Of a stretch of DNA of 64,000 nucleotides, positions 40,427 through 53,748 are shown one piece after another; position 1 is the stretch's first letter; each line of letters starts with the position of its first letter. The stretch is from the human T2T-CHM13v2.0 reference genome, Homo sapiens: assembly GCF_009914755.1 (NCBI RefSeq), contig NC_060933.1; one strand, written 5' to 3'. The translations under genes and the position numbers were made by a program. Under the pieces are notes generated by a model. It saw nothing but the letters and a program-made list of their open reading frames with translations. It searched no databases and was not told where the DNA came from.

Positions 40427-41020
40427 TGCAAACCAAAAATAAAATTCTAAGCGCCCCCACCAACCATCTGAGTGGACTTTCTCCTCAGCCAGGATTCTTT
40501 TAAAATTTAACCTGAGAGACTGGTGTAGGCCATGATGGGAAGCAGGGGTTGGACATACCTCACTGTACCTCTCCAACATCAACGCAGACCTTTAAGTCTG
40601 ATAAGAAGCATTTACAATCTATTCTCCCTGAAGCCTGCTACCTGGAGGCTTCATCTGCATGACTAAACTTTAGTCTCCACAACCTCTTATCGCAACCCAG
40701 ACATTTTTCTTTCTATTGATGCGAGGCCTTTAGATAAACTCAATCAATTGTCAACCCAAATATTTGAAATCTACCTATATCGAAAAGCCCCCACTTCAAG
40801 TTCTCTTGCCTTTTTGGACCAAACCAATGTTATTTCTTAAATGTATTTGATTGAAGCCTCATGACTCCCTAAAATGTAGAAAACAAGGCTGCACCCTGAC
40901 CACGTTGGGCACATGTTCTCAGGATCTCCTGAGGGCTGTGTCATGAGCCATGGTCACTCATATTTGGCTCAGAATAAATCTCATCAAATATTTTACAGAA
41001 CTTGACTCTTTTTACCAACA
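40427..41020 (+). mobile_element. MER4 (B/D-like, ERV1) solo LTR
   Basis: 'tgcaaaccaaaaataaaattctaag...gaagcctgctacctggaggcttcatctgcatg...ggctcagaataaatc...caaca'; AATAAA at 40973. Confidence 0.9.
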
Positions 41021-41079
41021 GGTCACATGAATATGAATTGATTGATTTCTGAAAAAGATTTCTGTCTTTATGTTTGCAG

Positions 41080-41156
41080 CTTCAGTGTGAAGTACAGTCT
41101 TGGCAATCTTCCTGATGGTTCTGGGTCTTGTTATGGGCATCTACTTAGCCCATTGA
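41080..41156 (+). pseudogene. Decayed exon encoding a hydrophobic (TM or GPI-signal) segment
   Basis: Acceptor tctgtctttatgtttgcag|; phase-1 frame ASV*STVLAIFLMVLGLVMGIYLAH*, in frame with the CNT end of the 39048 exon. Confidence 0.55.
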
Positions 41157-41304
41157 AGGGAGCCAAAGTAGCCCAGGTCCTGAATGAGTCCTCATTCTCA
41201 CCCATATGCGTGTCACCAGGGTATAGAACCAAGTGGTGCAGCTGCTGCATAGGACTGAGCCTGGGCTAAAGGAGAGGACTCTTCTCCTTGAGGCCTTTCA
41301 CCTA

Positions 41305-41497
41305 CTGCAATGTCCAATAGTATAGGCACTAGCCACACAGAGCTCTTTAAATTTCAATTCTAGTTATTTAAATAAATTTAAAGATAAATTTAAAATTCAG
41401 CTAGTCAGTCACACCACATTTTGTATGACTAGTGGCTATCTTATTGGACAACACAGATATAGAACATTTCTATCATTGCACAAAGTTCTATTGGCAG
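41305..41497. mobile_element. MER3 hAT MITE
   Basis: 'tgtccaatag...cactagccacac...ttaaaattcag...agatatagaacatttctatcattgcacaaagttctattgg'. Confidence 0.82.
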
Positions 41498-42574
41498 TAA
41501 TTCCCATTAGTACTAGATGCCAGGGTGGAAATTATCCTGTTATTTTTCTGGGTTTGAAAGGATAGATCTGGGTTTTATTAAGGAGGCCAAGTGGCATTTC
41601 AGGAACTGTGGCAGGTGCCTCCTCACCAGATCCTACCCCAAAACTCAGGTCTCTGCATTCTGTTGGAGGCCCAGGAAGGAACTAATTACCATGCAAATGT
41701 TGTTGTTTGGCCAGTGTGAGAGTTTCTAATGGCAATGACAGGACAAGCTAGTTTTCCTCTGAAGATATTCCTGCTCTACCAATTCACTCTTTGCTAGATA
41801 ACAGACATTTGTGGCAGGATAATTTACCAAGCAGTTTTTGCTCTGCCTACCTCTTACCAGAGGAAACAAAAAGAAAGATGAAAAAATAACTTTGTCCTTA
41901 CCTTTCCAAAAGTTCCCAGCTTCTGGTATTTCTCTCAGGGGTTAACAGCTTTTGTGCAACCTGGCCCAGCACAGAGGCTGGTAGATACCTGTTGTCCAAC
42001 ATCATCAGGGCTCATTAATCAAAGGGAATTTACCTGTGTATTTCTTAGGGGGAGGATAGAGGGACTGGGTTGAAAGAGGGGGGTTGCCCAAATGTAGCAA
42101 TGACTCCTGAAATTTAAGAAAAGGGATGTGGTGATGGGTTCCATAAGGGGCTGGGACCTTTGTGGAAGTCCCAATAAGGCAGTAGGACTTATGACAGAGG
42201 GTGCTGCTGTGCTTTCAGAGGTGGGGAGTGGCTAAACATCCAGCATCATAGTCTTGGGACTGGCAGCAAAAGATGCCATGGCCCACATTGGCAGAGGCTG
42301 TGTCATCAGCTGCCTTTGAATGGACCATCTTCTCGTATATATAGTGTGTATCCTACTGGCAAACTTGGAGGTTCAAAGACTGGAGGCTGTTTCCTAAGGT
42401 TTTTTTGTGTGTGTTTTTGTTGTTTTTGTTTCTTCGTTTGTTTTTCCCTATGAGAATGTACATCACACTAACAAGGGAAAAGAGTCCTCAGCAGTAAATG
42501 ATATTAGGTATCTTCCCTTAAAAATGGGGGGATGAGACACAGATTTAATTTAATTTATAAAAATTAAAATCATC

Positions 42575-42875
<301 letters not shown>

Positions 42876-43099
42876 TTAAATATCGTGTTATTTGCATCTC
42901 AGATTTGTGAATCAAATTTATTTTTACACAGATTATTCCATGTAGTATCTGCAAATGTTTTAACTATTTATTGTAGGTAAGTAGTTATCATCTTTTTTAG
43001 AAGGGAAACTGAGGCACAGTGAAATACACACCCCTCACACACACTGAGTACACTAACTCAGAGGTAGGTATGATAGACAGAAGACCTGTTTGTATTTCA

Positions 43100-43640
43100 A
43101 GGAATTATTTGAGTGCGAGTAACAAAAAAAAAAATCTAACTGGTTTAAACCAAAAGGAAATAATTGACTGATATAAACTGAAAGTTCTGGAAACAGGGCT
43201 GGTTTCTGGTAGTGGGACTCAAATTATATTATCAGAATTCAGTTCCTCTCTACTTCTAGACTCTCTGTCTTCTGTTCTGACTTTATTCTCAGATTTTGTG
43301 CAGGGGCAGGATGGCTGCCAGCAAGTTCAGGGCTATCATTTCCCAGGTTTGACTGCAGCTGAAAATGTGGCTCCCCTCTCATGACCCTCCCACTGGTCTC
43401 ATTGTGCCTTGTTGGCTCTGGTTGGGTCCCAGAACCAATCACTCTGGCTAGGGCAATAGAATGCTCCTTTTGGCCATGGCTGAATCACCCAGACACTGTT
43501 GGGGTTTGGGTGTGGGAGAGGACACTGTTGGGGTTCGGGTGTGGGAGAGGACACCTGCACCTGCACAGGGACTGAGGCTGAAAAGGAAAATAGAAGCACT
43601 CTTCCAGAAGGGTGAAGAAATGCCGATAGTCCAAATCAAA
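43100..43640 (-). mobile_element. MLT1 (K-like) LTR remnant
   Basis: 'agtaacaaaa...aactggtttaaaccaaaagg...gatggctgccagc...gaaccaatcactctggctaggg'. Confidence 0.65.
43492..43554. repeat. 29-bp tandem duplication (2.2 copies), G-rich
   Basis: gacactgttggggtttgggtgtgggagag / gacactgttggggttcgggtgtgggagag / gacac. Confidence 0.95.
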
Positions 43641-43780
43641 GTGATAACAAAGAAGATGTTCAGTTCAGCCTTCTCTCATAGCCTACTTCTTGCCTTCTAG
43701 CCTAGAGCCACCTGATTGTCCCTTGAAGCTCTGAAATTTAAATTGAAGGATAAATATAAATTGTGTGAAGGAAGGCCCTT

Positions 43781-43862
43781 TACAGTAAACTGAATAATGC
43801 CCCCCACCCCGACCCCAAATATCCAGGCCCTAATCCCTGGAGCCTGTGATTATTTCCTTATA

Positions 43863-43899
<37 letters not shown>

Positions 43900-43991
43900 C
43901 ACTTTGCTGCTATGATTCACGTAAGGATCTTGGGATGGGAGATTATCCTGAGTTGTTACCCTAAATGCAATCTCATGTCCTTGTAAAAGGG
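43781..43991 (+). mobile_element. MLT1C/D LTR 5' part with A31 tract, 3' truncated
   Basis: 'ctgaataatgcccccc...ccctaatccctggagcctgtga...gactttgc-like...gggagattatcctg...ccctaaatgcaatc'. Confidence 0.75.
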
Positions 43992-44066
43992 ACTTGAATC
44001 CATAAGACTTTCAGGTGAGGGAGGCCCAATTCTAAATCCTCCCTAAGCCTGCCATTTTCTCCTCAG

Positions 44067-45035
44067 TCACCTTCTATCAGAAATTGATTCTTTCCCTGAA
44101 TTGTCAAGCTCCTTAGAGGAAACCTTCAACAGATCAAGAAAATAAGATGGTTGTAAAAAATGTAGTCTCTGCCCTGGATCATCCTCAATCTGCCCGCTCA
44201 CCTACGAGAGAGGAAGAATAGAAACCCCTGGAATGGGCCCTCTCTGAAAGTGTCTGTGTTTGGACACTCTCTCTCTCAGACTGGGGAGAGGGAACAGACT
44301 TTTCAGGTCCCATCACGGTTGACAAAACACAGCACAGCGGGACAATGTGCTGTGGGAGCAATAAAGGCAGTTCAGAGCTGCCTACGAGTCAAGCAGGAAA
44401 TGAGTCCAGGAATGACAGTGAGAGTTATGCCCCCAGGAGACACTGGCAGTAGAGTGGCAATGTTCCCAGAGGATAAGGATGTGAGAGATGAAATTAAGAA
44501 TTCACTCAAGGGTCAAAGGGTCAAGGGAGATAGTCAAGACTGAGTAGTTCCCAGCTCTGCAATCATGATCAAGAGACATCCTGAGAACTAGGGAATCAGG
44601 AAACTCCCAAAATCGAAATGGAAATCTGAAATGGTCTAGTGGCTCAAGAGTTCAAAGAATGCTCCCTTTCACCAAGAGCATTGGTTACAAGATCCAGAGA
44701 AACTCTCGCTTACAGGACATCTTGCTGGGGAGTTCAAGCCGCCATTGGATTCACTGCACAGCCAGCCACTGGGTTGTACTTTTGAAGAGCCCTTTGATTC
44801 GAATAGCTTTGCTCCCAGTGTCTTTGAGTCCCATTTTCAGACTGCTCACGGGGGACTTGACAGTTTCTCAGGTGTCATATGCCCACAGGGTGAACTGCAG
44901 AAACATTAATACACATCCTGGATTCCTCCATTTCAGGTCCCAGTGGAGAACAAAGAAAATAATTTAGACCAAAGTGAAGAAAAGCCACTAAGAGACGCAA
45001 ATCAGATGAACATCAAGGAACAGATGCAGGATTGA
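44067..45035 (+). pseudogene. Candidate decayed large coding exon (Ser/Glu/Pro-rich)
   Basis: Non-repeat, GC-richer, purine-rich sequence after acceptor attttctcctcag|; long low-stop frames such as EHWLQDPEKLSLTGHLAGEFKPPLDSLHSQPLGCTFEEPFDSNSF...ELQKH*YTSWIPPFQVPVENKENNLDQSEEKPL...MQD*. Confidence 0.4.
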
Positions 45036-45099
45036 GGCCCTCCTGCCCCAGACACCTGACACAGAAGGAACAGGCTTCTTTGAAAAGAAATTCTGAGAA

Positions 45100-45527
45100 G
45101 GAATGAGGCAGGTAGTTCAGTGATTTTGTTGCAGAAATAAAATCAAAGTGCAGGAAGGTTTTCTGTGCAAAGCAAGCTCAGATGAAAGCAGAGCTCTCTT
45201 GATGCAGCAGCACGTGGCAATCCTGGGGCTGCTCCATCAAGGATTAGATGTGGACTTCATGCGCAGGAGAAAAGTCAGTTCAAGGAGGACTTGCAGGCCC
45301 AGGCGGAGCCTGTAACTGGACATTCCCGTAATTAGAGGACCTCTCCCACCTGAGCAAAGCCAGGACATAGGTTTGCCCCATTGCTCTAGAGAGAGACAGT
45401 CTCTATCTCCCGAGACTATTTGCTATACAGACATCCTTGGAAAGACAATCAGAACAAAGGCAGTCCCTGTCTCTGCATGTAAGACAGGCAGAAACATGAG
45501 ACACCCGTTGAAAGCTGTCCCCCAACA
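45100..45527 (-). mobile_element. ERVL-class solo LTR (LTR47-like)
   Basis: 'ttgctatacagacatccttggaaagac...gcagaaacatgagacacccgttgaaagctgtccccaaca' resembles the reverse complement of a TGTTGGGAGACAAT- LTR start; left boundary uncertain. Confidence 0.5.
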
Positions 45528-46309
45528 ATAGTAACAAGGAGGAATAAATCTTTCTTTATCTTATTTTTCTTTTAACTTATTTCTATCCATGATACTTCAC
45601 TTTTGTTATCTAAACAGTAGAATTAGAAGTAATTCTCAGGGTTTGGGACTGATTTCATTATACAGATTTATTAATGGACCTCAAATTTTCTCTTTCAATG
45701 AATATTCTTTTGATTATTATTGATATTGAACACTTTTAATTGATTTAAGAATTATATTTCACCTTGCTCCTGTCCTTGATCATTTATCTGTTACACTCTG
45801 GGGCTAAAATTGTGCTACTTGGTCTTAGAGCTACAATTTTAACCCTCAAAGTGAGGTTCTAGTGCTGTTCAAAGCTGCTGAGCCTGGGTCTGAGTAATCT
45901 CGCAGAAGGGCTCTGCTCTGCCTAGTAATTCCCAATTCTTTCACTTATCTGAAATTCAAAGGTTCACCTTTCTTTGTCTAATTTAGAGCAAGAATAAACT
46001 GGTTTTAAAAAGTCACATAAATCCAAATGCCAATAAAGATGGAATAACTACACATTTTTTACAAAGATAGCTAAGGATCAAAGGAAGGAAAATTTTTCTG
46101 TGATTTAAAAACTTATATAGACTGACCAAGAATATGCAGTGAAATTTCTAAAAAGATAGGTAAGCTTACTGAGCAGACCTTTCCTTCACAATAATAGAGC
46201 TAAGTTTATATTTTACAAATAAATGTATTATATGGAAAATATTCATGGTGATTATGAATTTATGTTATATAGTTCTGGTGTTGGAGTATGATTTAGATAA
46301 AAAAATTTT

Positions 46310-46815
46310 CCTTTCCTTTATTTACATGGTTTAAAAACACAAACAACATAATAAAAAAAGACTTCCTCCAATCCTGTCTCTATCCACTCTATAAATATTT
46401 GTATTAGTTTCTTGTGCATCTTTCCCAAGCAAATCAAACATACATTCTGATTCATCTTCCTTCCTTCCATAAAAATCATATACATTGTTCTGCCCTTGCT
46501 TTTTTCACTTAAAATTATATTTTGAGATTGTTCCATATCAGAATATAGTACTTTCTCATTATTTATTACACTTTATGTAATTATTTAACCTAAACCCTTT
46601 TAATGGTCATTTGTGTCATTTCCCATTTTATTCTGTTTTGAATAGCATTGTAACAAATAGTCTGTTAAATCTGTCCTTTCATGTATGTGCTACATAAATT
46701 CTCAGATGGGATGGCTGGGTCAAAGGATACATAGTTTGCAATTTGAATAAATTTACCAGATTGCAGTATATAGAACTTGTAATACTTCGCACAACCCCAG
46801 CAGTGTCTGAGAAAT
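46310..46815 (-). mobile_element. L1ME 3' region
   Basis: 'ttttcacttaa...ttccatatcag...gctgggtcaaagg...ccagcagtgtctgaga'. Confidence 0.7.
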
Positions 46816-47287
46816 CTGCTCAATTGGCCTAAATTTCAAAGTGTTTTCAGCAAGGCTAGTGGAAAGTTCTCTAATATTGTTATTCACCATGTTGACCAAA
46901 TGTTTTAAAGAGAGAGCCATCTACATTTATATAGAACTGTAACATTGATTTAAAGTGCCAGAATGTATTACTGAGAAATGTGTAGCCCTGAAAAGATAAA
47001 GTTGTGCATTTCTGGAAAGTTGAAGAAAATAGAGAATATTTATACACTATAGGAAATCATCAGAGATCTACTAAATTATTAACAAAGATTTTATCATCAT
47101 AGCTCTAGATAATAATCTTCTATGTGTCAGTAACCGAAATTACAGGTCATTTTCTTAAATTGGCATCAATCGTTGAGAAGAAAACGTTCAACATATTTAT
47201 ACACCTAACTAGAAACTGTTAAAAAAATACCAGTCATAAACCCAAAGGAAGACAGTTTCCTATTTAAAGTAGGTTCCTATTTATTTA

Positions 47288-47960
47288 GAATAGCGTAGTA
47301 GTTAAGACAACAGGGTTTAAATTTAAGCCATCCTGAATTTGAATCCCAGTGCTGTTACCTAATATGGTCAATTTGTTTACAACTTTGCCTTTCTTCTCCA
47401 TCCTTGCCATGCTCTGGTGTGGGCAGAGAATATTTCCCTGATGGATTGACTTTGGGCTTGGCCTGTGACTCGCTATGACTCCGGAATGTAAGTGGAAGTG
47501 ACAATTGCCAGTTTCCCTTATGTAATTCTCCTCTTCCTTTGAGCTTCTTCCTTTCTCCAGGAGAGCAACATTCCTCAAACAGTGAATGCTTCTTCAGTCT
47601 TTTTCCCAGAAGGAAAAGACACAGAGAAGACTTGAATCCAACTAGCAACCTAGAGCCAAGCCCAGCTGAACCCAGAGAAGCACAACTTACCAGAGAAGCC
47701 CAGCCAAGCAAAAGTTTGTCCTCAGATTTGTGAGCAAGAAATAAGCAATGTGGCAACCTCTGAAATTTTCAGATTGTTTTTCCTGCATCTAACTGTGTAT
47801 CTTTAGAAAAGATCCTCAAACTCTTTACGCTACAATTTTCTTATCTATAAGATGAAAATCATAATGGGAACACATAACCTATAGAGTTGTTAGGATTAAA
47901 AGGAATAATGCAGGTAAAGTGGAATCTTGCATGTTGTAAATGACTAAAAAATGATCAACA
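47288..47960 (+). mobile_element. MIR split by an MLT1 (H/I/J-like) LTR at ~47357-47790
   Basis: MIR head 'tagcgtagtagttaagac...tttgaatcccagtgctg', LTR body 'gactttgggcttggcctgtgactcgct...ggaagtgaca', MIR resumes 'aactgtgtatctttag...ttcttatctataagatg'. Confidence 0.72.
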
Positions 47961-47974
47961 GTAACAATCCCTGG

Positions 47975-48076
47975 TTAGATCACAAGCTCAGTGAGAACAC
48001 AGGCTTTGTCCTGTTCACTCTGCACAGTTCCTGGCACAAGTTGGTGCTTAATTAACATTTGAATGAGTAAGTGAAC
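47975..48076 (+). mobile_element. L2 3' tail
   Basis: 'aagctcagtgagaacacagg...cacagttcctggcaca...gtgcttaattaacatttgaatgagt'. Confidence 0.7.
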
Positions 48077-48198
48077 ATATTAGTGAAGTGCACTTGCTCT
48101 GTTTCAAAGAAACACTTTGTTTTCAAATGTGTGGACATACTTTCAGTCATGGATTAATTTGAAAGAAACCTTGTAAAAATGGGAAATAGAGTCACTAG

Positions 48199-48570
<372 letters not shown>

Positions 48571-50394
48571 TAGATTAATTACTGGGAATTATAGTTGCCA
48601 TATTTTAAAATAAGGATGATAGTTGCCCTATAGGTTTATTAAAAGAGTCAAAAAATAGTGTATACAAGTTTCTGGGTTCCATTAATGGTGTAAAACATCT
48701 TAGCTTTCCCCTTTCTTGAAATATACTTGTGACAGAGAAAGTAATGGGAATGCTTTGGAAGACAGCAATATAGATGTTATATTATTCCTTAAATCTCAAT
48801 TCTCAAAGACTTAGGCTACATACACTATTTTAGCATCTCCCTAATCCACTTAAGTGAAATGAAGTTCTTATTTAAAATTCACTTTAATGTTGCCTCTTAA
48901 ACTTTATTTAGAGGTTTTTTACATAATGTACTTAAACTAAAAATGCACTTTTAATTACAGGGAGGTTTTAAGGACAATAGTAATTGCAAGGAAAAGATTT
49001 AATTTAGATCCTGAATGTTCAAAACTCTCCAGAGAACAAAATATGGCTAAATATTTTTATACTATATATATATGTTTTAACAATTTGTATGAGCTCTTCT
49101 GTGAAAAAAGTAATTGCTTCTTCTGAATTTGCCTCGTTGGGATGCCATTGGCCTACACTGAGCAGCCCTATCGGAAACAGACCTGTGAGACTCATAGCTG
49201 TGCTTGTTGAAAGGAAATTACTGAGACATTGTTCAAGTATATTGTAGGGTGTCCTCCTGATAGTGAACCCTTGGGAGAAATTCCTTTCTGGTCTTGGCAA
49301 GAACATGTGTGCTCTTGCATAGTTAGTTTGCTTTTAAACTACAAAAACTGGAAATTGAGTAACTGACCAGGTTTTCCTCATTACATCAACTGCTAGAAAC
49401 CTAAAGTTCAGTTTGTGGCCTACCTAAAAAAAGCAGTTATATCATCAACACTCAATGGTAAATGCAAAGGACTCTGGTATTTAGTTTTATAATAGCGTTA
49501 GGCCTTGGTCATATACCTCTCTCCTTAAACTTTTCTTTTTTGCCTTCTTTTAGACCATATAGAGGGAACTTTTTTCTCATGTTTGTTTGTTTATCTGTTT
49601 ACAAAATTTAGATTATACTATCTAAACCTGTTGGCCTGAAATTTTTTCCCACTGAAATTTATTTTAGATACATATTTTCAAGTCAATACCTAAAGATCTA
49701 ACATACTATTTTTAGAAATTTCTAAACAGATGTTCTATTATCATTATAATGCATTATAGTTTGTTTAGTCATTTCTCCACTGATTGGCATTCACTAGAGT
49801 CCCAGTTTGACCACATTATTATACAATACATATCCTGTTCATAGATAGTGGCATCCTCATATAACTTTATCCCAGAGACCTTATTCTCCAAAATCTTACT
49901 TACTGCTATTTTATGTCATTTGATTATTTTATATCTTTTTTAGTTACTTAATATATTTTTTCAGAACAAGTTAAAGCATAATTCAACTAATTACATATAT
50001 TAAAGCTTACTATGTATGCCATTAAACCTTTCCGTCTTATCCTTTCTGACTTCTTCAAAATTTAGAGTAATCAGCCTTCCACAGACTTGATATTCAAATG
50101 CACTTTCTCATTTTAACATGATTGATTTTTAAATGTTTATCTTTACTTCTGTGTTATTCTGGGACAGAAATTAAATTTAAATTATATTTACCAGTTTTTC
50201 CCAAAGTACTTAATAAACCTTGTCTTCTTGTCTACTGCCATTGCCAATACTTTAGTTAGACAACATTTACTTAAGGCAGCCAGACCCTGTAAATAGCTGT
50301 CTTGACTAAATCCATTCAATCCATCCTCTTTCTGTGTATTATATTTGGCTTTCATTCGAATTCATTCCTTTATTAATATCTATATTTAGAACTT

Positions 50395-50560
50395 ACATTG
50401 ACTATTCCATATATATTCAGTTTCTATTTTGTGAAGACATTGGCTAGGTACAAGAGATGTATTAGGGAACATATAGATATGGTCCCCGCCCATATAGATC
50501 TTAAAGTTGTTTGGGAAAGACAGACATTAATTAAGTGCATATACAAGTATACAATTATAA
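50395..50560 (-). mobile_element. L2 fragment
   Basis: 'gatatggtccccgcc...cttaaagtt...gggaaagacagacattaa'. Confidence 0.55.
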
Positions 50561-51255
50561 CTAAAATATAAATAAAATTTACCTGTGATCTCTCTTTCCC
50601 ACATAACCTCTTAGAAATATATGTTTTTCAATTATTTGAAAATTTAGTAATTATAGATTTGGTTGAGGAAAGGGCTATTTGAAATGAAAAAAACACATTG
50701 AGAAATGAAAAGAAGACAGGATTCAAGTGTTAAAAATACAAGACACTACAGCTATATGGGGAGCACTACACTATTACGTTGAATAATAGTGGTATAAGTA
50801 GCAACAGCATTCCCAGCTCTGTCTATGTGCCAGGCGATGTTTTTAGTGCCGTACATGTATTGATACATTTATTCCTCTCAACAATCACTCTTCAGAAAAA
50901 AGGGCTGTGTGAATCCACAGTACTGAATAAAGCTTGAGGGCAACTGAAATGATAAATAAAAAATGTCCTATGGAATTATGAAGCAAACAATGAGGACGCA
51001 ATCTTAACACAAAACACTTCAGCTGTGTATTGGAGCAGAAGCTAGGTGAGAGACTCCATAATGGTTTCTTCTAGGTCTTGGCATTTGTTTGATAGTAAAG
51101 ATCTCAAGAGAAGCTACTACTAAATAGATTACATTGCAAGTCGTGCTCATAATAGAAATCGATTATGAAACTAAATGACATATTTGGCCCTTATTGCTAA
51201 AAAACCTTGATTTTACTAATAAAAGTAATACTCTTGGTAGTAAAATAATAGTTAA

Positions 51256-51563
51256 GGCCAGGCGCCGTGGCTCACACCTGTAACTCCAGCACTTTGGGAG
51301 GCCAAGGCAGGTGGATCACCTGAGGTCAGGAGTTCGAGACCAGCCTGGCCAACGTGGTGAAAACCCATCTCTACTAGAAATACAAAAATTAGCTGGGCAT
51401 GGTGGTGCACGCCTGTAATTCCAGCTACTCAGGAGTCTGGGGCAGTAGAACCACTTGAGCCTAGGAGGCGGAGGTTGCAGTGAGCCGAGATTGCATCAGG
51501 GCACTCCAGCCTGAATGACAGAGTGAGACTCTGTCTCAAAAAATAAAATAACATAAAATAAAG
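51256..51563 (+). mobile_element. AluSx
   Basis: Full dimer, 'gatcacctgaggtcaggagttcgagaccagcctggccaac'. Confidence 0.93.
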
Positions 51564-51725
51564 TGATAGTAGAATGAAATTAGTAGGATACAAATATAAT
51601 AGAGAAGAGGATAGATAAGTTAAAATGGTAATGTCATTAATAAAAACATATGTGATACTACAATCATTATATTTGATTGATAAATGCAGGTACTAGCTAC
51701 ATACCTTATAAAAATAAGAATTTAT

Positions 51726-51872
51726 CCGGGAGGCTGAGGCAGGAGAATGGCGTGAACCCAGGAGGCAGAGTTTGCAGTGAGCCGAGATCGCGCCACTGCA
51801 CTCCAGCCTGGGCGACAGAGTGAGACTCTGTCTCAAAAAAATAAAAAATAATAAATAAATAAATAAATAAAT
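51726..51872 (+). mobile_element. 5'-truncated AluY (right-arm portion) with (TAAA)n tail
   Basis: 'gagaatggcgtgaaccc'; TSD aaataagaattta (51712-51724, 51873-51885). Confidence 0.92.
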
Positions 51873-53309
51873 AAATAAGAATTTACCTTTAATTTGTCAT
51901 AGTATGAAAGACAGAGATCTGTATAGTTATCACATAAACAGAATAGTTCTATTCAAATAATAAACTGCAAAGATTCTGTAATCTTTTCGGACAAGATTTT
52001 ATCTGAGAAATAGTGATAATTCTGCTCCCAGGATTCTTGAGAAATCCTGTGTCTCACAGTAAATTTTTGTTTGTCAAACTGAATTTGACTTTAGTTATCA
52101 AATACAACAAACCACTACAGTACATTTGTTGTTCTGTCTGACTTCCAGGGCCTTTGAGTCACATAATTGACAAGTACAAGGAAATAACAACTCTAAATTT
52201 ATTTTATTGTCACTGAATAAACTATATTATGTTGATAAATAAGTGAATGAAAGATTCTGATTATTTTCTTGTTTCCCTACTCCATATTAAGAATTTAAGT
52301 GATCACTGCAATAAACCTTGAATAAGTCATAATTGACAAAAAATGTGAGTTATTTTTCAAAAAAATTATCTACATTATAATTTCATGAAGGAATTCTAAT
52401 AGTAATTTATTTCAGTTCCCTGTGTAGTGAAAAATGAGGTTGTAAACTCAAAACTGAGTGAGATTTATGAATAGCTCAATTGTGCTTGAAGATAAAACTA
52501 GATCACTAATTTTCTAGGAGTTCTAAGTTGACAGAATTACAGCACTCTTTTCATATTGCCTAACTTTGATGTTGTCCTTTATTTATTTTCTTTTTTCTTG
52601 ATGTGATTATTTATTGTCCAGGTGTTTGAAGCTATTACTAACTTGAGATTTACAGTTCCAACAGATGGTTGAAAAGAAAAAGATGGATTCAACACTCCTA
52701 TAATTGTTGTCTTACAGTTCTTTTTAAAACTATATAACTGAAGCTACTCTATCAATGCCTATCTTTGGTACATATCATCTATCTAAAAGTATCTATAACC
52801 ACAGTGAATCCATTATTTGCAACTTCTGGCACTTAAGACCATTTTGAAGGTCAATCTGATGTCTCTTTCAAGCCCGATTTCTCACTGCTCCCATGTTTGT
52901 GTGTTGCCCTGCAGTTAAGTGAAAAACTCACTATTCTCTGGCCTCATTTCACACTTTCCTCCTTACATGGCTTTTGTTCATTCAGCCAATATTCATTTAT
53001 TGAGTACCAAGAATTATGCTAGCCGCTTTAGCTGCAGTATGAAGCAAGATATTAACAATTATAGTCATTTATCTTAGTGAATCTTTCAAATGAGAAAGTA
53101 GGGAATATAACATAATGTGATTTTTCCCCTCTTCCAAAATGCTTTCCATTGCTCCATTTTAACAGCAAAGATATTAAGCATTTTTCAAAATCAACTTATA
53201 TGGAAACTTATCACATAAAGTTTTGCTATCTAGTTTCTTCTGTTACTGCTTATTATTGGAATCACTAAATTATTGTCTGAGGACATTCGGTACCAATTTT
53301 GTATCCTCA

Positions 53310-53748
<439 letters not shown>

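Noticed and set aside
42270-42320. 'HIGRGCVISC' resembling a second three-finger segment
   Set aside because: No convincing flanking splice sites; likely chance.
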